From: a virus
DNA: 64,000 nt
Virus record (IMG/VR): IMGVR_UViG_3300020045_004509
Coordinates: 32,001 to 96,000 of that record
Reading direction: 5' to 3' (one strand)
The notes below the pieces were generated by a model. It ran no database searches. It had not been told where the DNA came from and was given only the letters and a program-made list of their open reading frames with translations. Both the position numbers and the translations under genes were made by a program. Positions within the stretch are counted from its first letter, which is position 1. Every line of letters starts with the position of its first letter. This document shows, one piece after another, positions 40,770-49,573 of the stretch.

Positions 40770-42812
40770 TTAGATTTCCTTATCAACCAAATTAAATTGA
40801 CAAGTAATTGGTTTGCTCAACCCAACATCAATATCAACAGAATTGTTTTCCATTGTGATACCTGTTGGGAATTTCTTACCCAAAATCACCCCGAACTTAG
40901 TCATTGTGATTTCCCGGCTCAATGCCTTGATGTTATCCTTGACTGCTTTCAGTTTCAGGTCATCAGGAAGGGTAATATTATTCAGGTCATTCAAAGCGTT
41001 TGAAACAACCTGTTGTGAAACAGTCAAAGACTTCTTAGCAGCAATGTTCTTTTCGACATCTTCAATCTTAGGAATAGACGAAAATCCTGACATTTTCACT
41101 TCAAAAACTTTTGCCATATAAGGATCAACAGATTCAGATTTTTCTGTCTTAGGACTAAATCCCCCCTCAGTCACCCCATATTGCTTCAGAAACAGAGCCC
41201 CATCAAGACCATACAAAGAAGCAAACTTTTCTGATACTTCTGGTTTATCCAGTTTGCTATTCAGAAATTTTTGTTTTGCTTTCAAAGAATACAATTTGAA
41301 GCATTTAGTTCCAAGTTCAACAGCAGAACCAACTTCAACCATAGACCGATTGATGATTGGCATCTTAGTAGTATCAATCACAAATGTCTTACCAACTTTG
41401 AATGGTTCATCAATAACCCCATTTTGTTTCAGAAGATCATAACTTGCTTTGCTAAGGATGACTGGAATTTTTTTCAAATTCACTATTCCATCCCGAACAA
41501 TGGTGTAGTTACGCCAGATGAATGAATCAATCACATCAGAAAAACCATGTTCGTTTTCTGGCAAACTAACTGTACCTTTGCGTTTGACCAAGATAGAAAT
41601 ATTTGGACGATCTTCATCAAATTTCAAAGCTGAAATAGCCCCTTTGATTTCTTTAGTTGCATCAGTAAATTTTGGGACAAATCCGTTTGCATCAGGAACT
41701 GTTGAACGGGAATCACCAATAGCAGAATATACAAAATCTGGATGAGAAATATCCAAATAGTTACCTTCTTCATCAGCCAAATCCATCAACATAGTCAGAA
41801 CATTGTATGCATTTGCATCGGGAATCAAATTTGTGTTCCTTGGTTCAGAAAATAGTTTTTGTTTACCAGAACCAAGTTCAGTTGACAATTCAACCAAACG
41901 GGCATAGTCTTGTTTAGAAAAAGCATTTTCAACTTTCTTGTACAAAGATACATCCCCCAATGAACCAGCAAGGGTCAATGCAAGGTCACCAGAGCCGCGT
42001 TGAATCAACGCAGCCACCATATAGGGGGTAACAGACAGATCATCGATTTGAATCGATTCTGGGACTTCCTGATAGCCTTCAAACAGACTATATGATGATG
42101 TATTTGCAGGAAGCGTAACTGTACCTACTGCATCTGGTTTAGCAACAACAAAACCATCAGGAAGATTACCAACAACAAATTCAACCTTGATATTTTTGAT
42201 CTTGATCTTTTTACCAGATGACATAGTATTCATAGTCTTGTTCAGAACTTCAGTATATGAATTGAAGTCTTCAGCAAGAACAACAGAACCGCCCGCTGCT
42301 TCAGCCATTTGTTGAAGCATTTTACTATCAGCATAATGGGAATATTCAACAAATGTTGCAGATGCAACTAAGTCAGACAAAGATTCACAGACTTTCAGAA
42401 TATCTTTAGTTGGAGTCCCATCGTTGTTTTGACCATCTGAAAAGAAATTCATTGCAATTGGCATTGGATATGCTTTAGCCAAACGAATAACTTCTTCCAA
42501 TGGTTGTTTGAATGCAGTCATAGATACTGGTTTTACGAATCGATCAATTGTGGAATTAACATTGGAAAGATCAGTCAGGGAAGAAATTTTGACTGCTTCA
42601 AACAAAGTACCAAATTGATTTTTAGAAGAAAACCAGATGATTGAAAGAACATCATCTGGTTGAACCAAAGTTGGGATTTTATTCTTTAAATGTGTACGAA
42701 GTTTTGGTAGATCATTAGACATTGATCCCGAGCAATCAATCACAATTACGCGATGGGTTGATTCTGCTACGGTTGGTTGATCATTCTGAATTTTGACAGT
42801 TGTAAGTTTCAT
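40770..42812 (-). CDS. von Willebrand factor A (vWA) domain protein
   Basis: MIDAS motif DCSGSM, T in SMTAF, FFSDG. Confidence 0.85.
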   Translation of the reverse strand: MKLTTVKIQNDQPTVAESTHRVIVIDCSGSMSNDLPKLRTHLKNKIPTLVQPDDVLSIIWFSSKNQFGTLFEAVKISSLTDLSNVNSTIDRFVKPVSMTAFKQPLEEVIRLAKAYPMPIAMNFFSDGQNNDGTPTKDILKVCESLSDLVASATFVEYSHYADSKMLQQMAEAAGGSVVLAEDFNSYTEVLNKTMNTMSSGKKIKIKNIKVEFVVGNLPDGFVVAKPDAVGTVTLPANTSSYSLFEGYQEVPESIQIDDLSVTPYMVAALIQRGSGDLALTLAGSLGDVSLYKKVENAFSKQDYARLVELSTELGSGKQKLFSEPRNTNLIPDANAYNVLTMLMDLADEEGNYLDISHPDFVYSAIGDSRSTVPDANGFVPKFTDATKEIKGAISALKFDEDRPNISILVKRKGTVSLPENEHGFSDVIDSFIWRNYTIVRDGIVNLKKIPVILSKASYDLLKQNGVIDEPFKVGKTFVIDTTKMPIINRSMVEVGSAVELGTKCFKLYSLKAKQKFLNSKLDKPEVSEKFASLYGLDGALFLKQYGVTEGGFSPKTEKSESVDPYMAKVFEVKMSGFSSIPKIEDVEKNIAAKKSLTVSQQVVSNALNDLNNITLPDDLKLKAVKDNIKALSREITMTKFGVILGKKFPTGITMENNSVDIDVGLSKPITCQFNLVDKEI

Positions 42813-42855
42813 TTAGGGTTCCTTGTTTGTTAAGAACCCAAATTATATCACAACT

Positions 42856-44673
42856 TTATCTTCCCAACAACTTATCTCGTTCTTTTTCTTTTTGAATTCC
42901 AGATTTACCTTTTTTCATGATGTCTTTATGATCAACCCCAATCACAGATGCAATCCGTTCCCTTGTACTTGGCATCATTCTATGAAAAGAAACTGCTAAG
43001 TTATCTTCATATGTTCCATTGTCCATCCAAGCCCGTTTATTCAATTGGTGAGCCCAATGATCAACAATTGCTGACATTCCCGGAACTGCTTCCCTTTCAT
43101 GTCTTACTGTTGAATCATACAAGTTACCTTTCTTACGATTCAACCCATAAGTCGAATGGTATGCCATTTGATATGATTCAGGATTTAGGGTTCCTTGTTC
43201 AGAATGGGCTTTGATAATAGATTCAAATGGATATCTTCCCAATTTATGATCAGAATGAATCTTTACCCCAGAATATGAATCTCTGATATACATCCCATTT
43301 GTTTTTAGTTTAGCTAAAGACATATATTGATCCATCGTCTTTGCTTCAGGAAGATTACGGGAAATTTTACCAAGAAAATCTGTTCTGAATTGATTCGAGA
43401 AAACATTTCTTCCAATAGCAACTTCTGATAAACGTCTAACATGATCTGGCCTATCTAAATTGAATTGGCTTGCTGCATGTTCAACTAACGCTTGATAATG
43501 GGGATTATTCATTGACATCTGTAACTTTGTTGTTGCATCAATACCTCTATCAGCAAGGGTAAGGGATTCAGTAATTTTATCAAAGTCCCCAGTCTTATTA
43601 GCTTCTCGAATTCCTTTCAGATGGTTTGCTGCATCCCGTAATGTTTTTGATTTATACTTATGATCAGGATTGACTAACCCAATAACCTTTGCTTTTTTAT
43701 GTTCATCCTTATCAGTTGCAACAGCTTTCCATGCAAGATCAAGATGTTCCCCCGTTGGATTTTCTGGAAACTGATAATCTTGTCCATTGTCAGAATATAC
43801 CCCATCGACCTTCTTGTATACATCATGTTTCTTAGTAAACATTTTTGATACTAATTCATTCGATTTTGGAAGAAACCAATCTGGTACGGTTCCATATACT
43901 CTGTTTTCGGGAAACAAGGTTTCATGTCCTGTACCTAACCCTTTATGCATTTTATATGATGTTCTACCAATCACATCATTTTCAACCGATCCCCCTCTTG
44001 GCACCAAATATACATGATGAGTATGCTGGCTAATTTCTTCTGGCATACATTTTGCTGCTGGGCCTTTTCCTTGAAACTTATCCCTTGAATCTTTTGTCCG
44101 AACATTTGCACATGAAATATAACCTTGCCCAGTTGATCCAGCCAAAACATCTTCAGGATGACCAGTAAGAATAAAATCGAATGCTTTTGTCTTAGCTCCA
44201 ATGCGGAATGGATCATTATCATAAGCTTTCTTTAGATCAGGTTCTTTGTGCTTTTCTAAGATACCCCCAATTTTATGTTCAACAATCTTTTCCTGAAGAC
44301 CATGGACAGGATGATTAACTTGGATTGAAGACTTAGTAATACCAGCTTTATAATCTTCAGGGGTTGACGAATATCCTTTACCTTTTAGAAAAGACATTAC
44401 CCCAAAATGAGGTTCTTTAGCAGATTCAACCATATCAATTGGAACACGATGAGTCCATTGTTTAGTATCAGGATGATTCTTGAATGCATCTTCGGCAACT
44501 GGATGTTGTTTTAGAAATGCTTGACGATAGTATGAATGACCTGAACCCATCATTCTTCTTGCCATGTCTTTTTCGGTTTGATTCAATTCTTCATCTAACT
44601 GAATGACTTCTTCTTGAATTGGTTCTTGTTTGATACCAATTGACAGATATGCTTTTGTGATTGAATCGACCAT
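42856..44673 (-). CDS. Large late protein, probable internal head protein (paralogue 1)
   Basis: CTAAATA 44699-44705; acidic N-terminal leader ending QLDEE; shares DY..G...VNHP..G.QEKIV..IG..L...NDP.R...SC domain with 49574-51805. Confidence 0.6.
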   Translation of the reverse strand: MVDSITKAYLSIGIKQEPIQEEVIQLDEELNQTEKDMARRMMGSGHSYYRQAFLKQHPVAEDAFKNHPDTKQWTHRVPIDMVESAKEPHFGVMSFLKGKGYSSTPEDYKAGITKSSIQVNHPVHGLQEKIVEHKIGGILEKHKEPDLKKAYDNDPFRIGAKTKAFDFILTGHPEDVLAGSTGQGYISCANVRTKDSRDKFQGKGPAAKCMPEEISQHTHHVYLVPRGGSVENDVIGRTSYKMHKGLGTGHETLFPENRVYGTVPDWFLPKSNELVSKMFTKKHDVYKKVDGVYSDNGQDYQFPENPTGEHLDLAWKAVATDKDEHKKAKVIGLVNPDHKYKSKTLRDAANHLKGIREANKTGDFDKITESLTLADRGIDATTKLQMSMNNPHYQALVEHAASQFNLDRPDHVRRLSEVAIGRNVFSNQFRTDFLGKISRNLPEAKTMDQYMSLAKLKTNGMYIRDSYSGVKIHSDHKLGRYPFESIIKAHSEQGTLNPESYQMAYHSTYGLNRKKGNLYDSTVRHEREAVPGMSAIVDHWAHQLNKRAWMDNGTYEDNLAVSFHRMMPSTRERIASVIGVDHKDIMKKGKSGIQKEKERDKLLGR

Positions 44674-44697
44674 GAATGTTTCCTGATTGTTATTGTT

Positions 44698-45009
44698 CTA
44701 TTTAGTAAAGAAAACATTCTTGATTCCAGATGCTTCAATAGCAGATTGGCATATTAGACATGGTTTAGCCAATAAAGGAAGTCCTTTTTCAGAATATCTA
44801 TAAACTGATATCGAATGGGCTTTTGAGAGGTCTTTACATTTGATGATTGCATCAACTTCAGCGTGAATGAATTCTTTATGGAACAACCCAACCTTTTCTG
44901 CATGAAGTTTCTGAAGAGGGTGGGATTTTCGGTAGCTATTCTTCCCAATAGAAAGAACATAGCCCCGTTTGTCCCGAATAATAGCAGTAATGGTTTGTTT
45001 CTTAGTCAT
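44698..45009 (-). CDS. Small zinc-dependent cytidine deaminase-like protein
   Basis: IHAEVDAI and AKPCLIC motifs. Confidence 0.8.
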   Translation of the reverse strand: MTKKQTITAIIRDKRGYVLSIGKNSYRKSHPLQKLHAEKVGLFHKEFIHAEVDAIIKCKDLSKAHSISVYRYSEKGLPLLAKPCLICQSAIEASGIKNVFFTK

Positions 45010-45251
45010 TCCATATTATATCAGTCTTTTCCTGTCATTTCCCTGTAGAGAAAGATTGCATAGATGATGGCAATAACCAAAACAATTTTGTCAAGAATGT
45101 CCATATTACAAAAATTTAATAATTAGATGCTCAACAACGAGATAGTATGACCAAAATGGAAAGAAACAAAATAAAGTTGACCAGAATCCTTTGGCAAGGA
45201 CAAATCCCGCTATCCAAGAAATGAATAAAATTAAAGAAACGATAGAGTTCA

Positions 45252-45641
45252 TTAACAATACCTATTTTCAAATTTTTCTTTAAGACGTAGATAGGTAAGA
45301 TATTCAGGATCAGAAGTTCGTTTTAATTCTTCAGAAACTTCATCAACAAGTTGGACAAACATTGTCGAACCAACCCCTTCCTGCACACCAAATGCAGCTA
45401 ATACTTCCCGAACAGTATACTTTGGCTCATCAGTTTCTGTAACCATATGTTCGTATTTCTCAAAAATAATATCATTATTATCAGATTGTGCTGTGCAAGA
45501 ATGCCACGTAGATGTATCACAGGTTCGTGTCTGATTAATATAAAATGCACACGAAGTACACATACCCCACGATGGGTTCCTTACTGCTTTCACATTAATA
45601 TCATTGATTGCGTATACTTTACCAATTTCAAAAAAATTCAT
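45252..45641 (-). CDS. Cys-rich early protein (paralogue family)
   Basis: FEIGKVY.IN start, KYTVREVL.AF, SDPEYLTYLRLKEKFE shared with 60121-60681. Confidence 0.7.
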   Translation of the reverse strand: MNFFEIGKVYAINDINVKAVRNPSWGMCTSCAFYINQTRTCDTSTWHSCTAQSDNNDIIFEKYEHMVTETDEPKYTVREVLAAFGVQEGVGSTMFVQLVDEVSEELKRTSDPEYLTYLRLKEKFENRYC

Positions 45642-45681
45642 GGGGTTTCCTTTGTTGTTTAAGATAAGTAATTATAACACA

Positions 45682-45902
45682 AAAATAACTGAATATCAGA
45701 TTCTCCTTGATGCATTTCATGACATTTCAAATGATTTTGCCGATAATCACCAATGTCCGTGATTTAATCTTCCCATTGAATCAAAATAAAATAATGATCA
45801 GTTACCAAATTTGATCCCAAAACAGAGGGCTGCTGTTAATACATCTAAACAAAACCATTTGAAATATATTGCTATATGACTAAAATAACTGAATATCAGA
45901 TT
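45682..45902. repeat. 21-bp direct repeat AAAATAACTGAATATCAGATT at 45682-45702 and 45882-45902
   Basis: Exact match 200 nt apart; corresponds to the 3' end of the tRNA-like RNA. Confidence 0.85.
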
Positions 45903-45960
45903 TGAACTGATGTTTCCCTGCACAAGACGGCTCAGGTTCCTACCACTAGAAGAATTCAGT
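45887..45960 (-). ncRNA. tRNA-like RNA (tRNA-Asp-like) with 12-nt anticodon loop and no CCA
   Basis: ACTGAAT/ATTCAGT acceptor, TTCT-AGTGGT-AGGA D arm, CCTG-AGCCGTCTTGTG-CAGG, ATCAG-TTCAAAT-CTGAT. Confidence 0.7.
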
Positions 45961-46866
45961 TACCATATTTTAGCACACTCACTATAACATTGACCAAAAG
46001 CAGTGCGAAATGGTTGCTGATCTAATATGCTAAAATATAGTAGCTATTTGTCCATGCCTTCCGATTAGCAAAACGGAATACTTTCAAGACTGGCAGAGGT
46101 ACTTTCTTTCAATTGGCAAGCGACATTTCCATTTGACTAATTATAAATTGTAATTATTTAGATTGCATTTTTCTGAATCCGTATCGCTAGGTATGCGAAA
46201 TACTTTACGCTCATATGATAATATATTTTCAATATCATCCATTACTTCAGGGGACATACCACCAACCCATGTATTACATGTTGATTGGAATGTGTAGCCT
46301 AGTTTGATTTCTTTACCATTTGCCAACGGAAGTGTTAAAATTTTAATGTTGTTCATAATATATTTCCTTTATTAAAATTTATTATTTGTCTTTTTTCACA
46401 ATGTCATATTCATCTTTTGGAACAATATAGTAACCATCAATAGTTACTGTTACCACATCATCAATTGAACTTACTAAAGCAGGCAATCCAGCTTGACGAT
46501 CTTTTTCTGACATAATAACATCACAATTTTTCACATACGATTCATTCATTTTAATTTCCTTGATATATTTGATAACAATAAACCCATCATCATTTCCAGC
46601 CAGAGGTTCAAATAGTGTTAACTAAACAAAACCTAACTCTGGATTTAAAAGAACTTTACAGGCTAATATTTTACACTTGACTGTATGAATTCTAATACCT
46701 AAACTCTGATTTTTAATCGTATGATATTTGACCGTTAAAGGTAAATACGCTTTCGCGTTATCGGTTTGATTATACATCCAAGTATGGTGGGAAACATTTC
46801 AGTTCTCGTTTCCCAAAGAACAGTAATTTCTATTTGATCAGAAATGGAATGGGTATTCTTTACATG

Positions 46867-46940
46867 TCAGTACGGTGGGCCTCGAACCCACATATTCTTG
46901 TTTCCAAAACAAGTCGCCGTCCCCTTGGCACCACATACTG
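46867..46940 (-). tRNA. tRNA-Pro(TGG), CCA not encoded
   Basis: CAGTATG/CGTACTG acceptor, CTTGT-TTTGGAA-ACAAG, GTGGG-TTCGAGG-CCCAC. Confidence 0.85.
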
Positions 46941-46950
46941 TATTTTTTAT

Positions 46951-47592
46951 TTAATCAGCAATTTCAATCATTGTCTTTGCATTACTTTCCGACAATAACA
47001 AATCAACTTCACTTGACAAAACAGAAATTTCTTCTGTAAGTTTAGCAATTCTACTTTCAATCTTTGCTGGATCAAGCAAGGCAGCTTCTTTTTGTTCCTT
47101 TTGAGGGGTAGCAACATTCTTGAATGTATCCCCATCAATTTTAGCCTTATCAGCCCCATAGATTGAAGTCAGCAATGTATCAATAGTGTTATCCACAACT
47201 TGATTCAGGTTTTTGACTTCTGTATTTTCCCGTTGCAATTGTACCCGAAGATACTGAAGATACTGTTCTTTGAATGCAACAGTGGACTTCAATTCAATAA
47301 TTTCAGCAACAGTCATAGTCTGACCCATGATTGACACAAATGTATTTGCGTTTGATAGAACAATCGCAGACTTGATCTTCTGACGCTTGGCAATAAGACC
47401 ATCAACAGTATCGAAACTGGATTGAATCTTGGCAGTCATTTGTTCAACCGAATCATTGGAACCACCAACCTTTTTGTATTGGTTCTTACCGATTGTTCGG
47501 GATACATACTTACCCGAAGCAATTGCGGTATTGATTTGATCATTGGTACGCTTCAATGTAACCAATGCCCTTGAAATACTAATTTGACTCAT
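46951..47592 (-). CDS. Coiled-coil protein, DIP1984-like family
   Basis: ISRALVTLK...IKSAIVLSNA.T.V.I.G.TMTVAE.I..K...LLDP...VDLLLSESNA.T.I pattern. Confidence 0.6.
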   Translation of the reverse strand: MSQISISRALVTLKRTNDQINTAIASGKYVSRTIGKNQYKKVGGSNDSVEQMTAKIQSSFDTVDGLIAKRQKIKSAIVLSNANTFVSIMGQTMTVAEIIELKSTVAFKEQYLQYLRVQLQRENTEVKNLNQVVDNTIDTLLTSIYGADKAKIDGDTFKNVATPQKEQKEAALLDPAKIESRIAKLTEEISVLSSEVDLLLSESNAKTMIEIAD

Positions 47593-47634
47593 TTTAAATT
47601 TCCTTTTGTTTAAGTTGGTTAATTATAACACACT

Positions 47635-48097
47635 TTATTGACTGTTACCAGATTTCAGTAAAAATAATTTACCTTCGTTTCCACATTCAATACAAGAACG
47701 CATATCATCACAAGTTGCGAATGATCGGTAGCCCCGCACTGGTTCAATTTCATCTTCTGCTTCAGGATGACAACAGATATCAGAAAATCTCGATTCACTT
47801 TGACGATAGAATTCACAGTCTTTACATAATTTCATTTTATATTCCTTTTGTTTAATCAACGCGAATAGTCGATCCTTTGAACCAACCAGCACAGACTACT
47901 CCAGTTACTTGTTGACCATTTGCACCTTTGGCTTCAAATCCAGTATGGAACGCATCTTTTTCGTCACAACCAAAAAATGCATAACCAGTTGTAACAATAT
48001 TGGTATAACCTGATGCTGCTAATGCTGATCGGGCAGCATCAGGTTTAGAACAAGCTGACAGAAGAATGATTGAAGCAATAATAAAAAGTTTTTTCAT
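47635..48097 (-). CDS. Small Cys-rich protein (47635-47835) and lipoprotein (47852-48097)
   Basis: CKDC motif; lipobox LSAC and GYAFFGCD. Confidence 0.65.
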
Positions 48098-48120
48098 TTT
48101 AGATTCCTTTAGATGATGAA

Positions 48121-49089
48121 TTATACCCTACTTTTGAACACTTCCATGATATTTTTAGAAATGATTTCATCTTTCGTGTTTGCTATCATTTCGGATGAAA
48201 ATCTTGGATCATTTTTAAGAGCTTGAATGAACAATCCAAGTTCTTTATCCTGAAGTCCGGTAAGTTCTTTGACTATGTTTCCATTGAACTTTACTGCATT
48301 TGAATCAATCATCAACTTCTTTTTCCACAATGCATCATACTTTTCTTTGGCATCAGGAAACGCATCAAAAATCAAATCAAGATATATAGTTTTATCTTTT
48401 ACGCGGGGAAACCATTCCTTTTTTGGTAATGTTGAACAAAGGTGAAGAAATTGATGATATGAAGGACGTTTTCTGTCCCTCACCCGCGAAATTGTATTGT
48501 TATTTTCCAACAAGAATACTTCTGGATTGAAATATTTTGATGCAACAATATTATCAAATACATCTTGAAATTCCGTTGCTGTACTTGGTAATGGTTTGAT
48601 ATCAAGAAAATCTTCTGCTTTCCTTGGATCAAGTGTCAACAGAACATCTCCTACTTTATGAGAATCGGATAGTCGTACTGGTAGCCATAGTCCATCATGC
48701 CCAAATTTTAACCCTAACATATGAGCGATTTTCCCAACAAAATTACAACGGTCACTAGAACCTAGGTAATTTCTATGAAAGTCATATTCCTTTTCATTTG
48801 AAACTATCAGATCAATTTGAAGTTCTTCATATAACAATGACCATGTATTTCCATTGTGATTAACATAATCTGTTCTGAACCAATCTTTAAGTCTATCTAC
48901 TGACAATGGGGATGCTGGAATACAGATCACATCCATATCCCCAAAAGTTTCTTTCGATTTAAGATAAGGACAAACTTCAAATTTATCAAACAACGCAGCA
49001 AAAATACCATCAGAAAGATGATCTTCTATTGCGATATATTCATCCCTATTATATCGTCTATTCATTCCCGGAAAAACATTACCACCAAT
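48121..49089 (-). CDS. Pol-beta-family nucleotidyltransferase, probable AUU start
   Basis: KETFGDMDV and QIDLI catalytic motifs; in-frame ATT GGT GGT AAT GTT TTT 7 nt after GAGGA. Confidence 0.7.
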   Translation of the reverse strand: MGGNVFPGMNRRYNRDEYIAIEDHLSDGIFAALFDKFEVCPYLKSKETFGDMDVICIPASPLSVDRLKDWFRTDYVNHNGNTWSLLYEELQIDLIVSNEKEYDFHRNYLGSSDRCNFVGKIAHMLGLKFGHDGLWLPVRLSDSHKVGDVLLTLDPRKAEDFLDIKPLPSTATEFQDVFDNIVASKYFNPEVFLLENNNTISRVRDRKRPSYHQFLHLCSTLPKKEWFPRVKDKTIYLDLIFDAFPDAKEKYDALWKKKLMIDSNAVKFNGNIVKELTGLQDKELGLFIQALKNDPRFSSEMIANTKDEIISKNIMEVFKSRV

Positions 49090-49121
49090 TTTGGGTTCCT
49101 CAACTTTCTTTAGTTGATAGA

Positions 49122-49529
49122 TTATACCAGAACAATGCGATTGATGTCAACGGTTGTTGTTGAATAATCATCAAATCTTACCGTTGCTAACGTAACCCGT
49201 GTATCATAAGGACTTTTCTTGATTTCAAAGACTTTACCTTGTTTTTCTTTGAACTTTTTGGAATTAGAAATTTTGCATTTCTTACCAATACGAATGATGG
49301 TAAGTCCCCGTTTTGCGGATTGTTCATCTAACCAAGCATGATACATATCCATGACTTCTTTAGACGCATTCACGGGATGATGATAGTAACCGCCCCCGAA
49401 TCGGGTTGACCCGATCATGATTTCTTCAAATTGGTTCGTTCCTTCGATTTGGAAAACCGCGAAAAAATCTGAGTCATCGTACCCATTCATTTCGCGGTTG
49501 GAAACGCAGATTCTGGATTGGTTTGTCAT
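49122..49529 (-). CDS. Hypothetical early protein
   Basis: REMNGYDDSDFFA motif; promoter at 49561. Confidence 0.7.
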   Translation of the reverse strand: MTNQSRICVSNREMNGYDDSDFFAVFQIEGTNQFEEIMIGSTRFGGGYYHHPVNASKEVMDMYHAWLDEQSAKRGLTIIRIGKKCKISNSKKFKEKQGKVFEIKKSPYDTRVTLATVRFDDYSTTTVDINRIVLV

Positions 49530-49573
49530 GATTACTTCCTTTGTTGATTTGGAAGTCTGAATTATATCACAGT

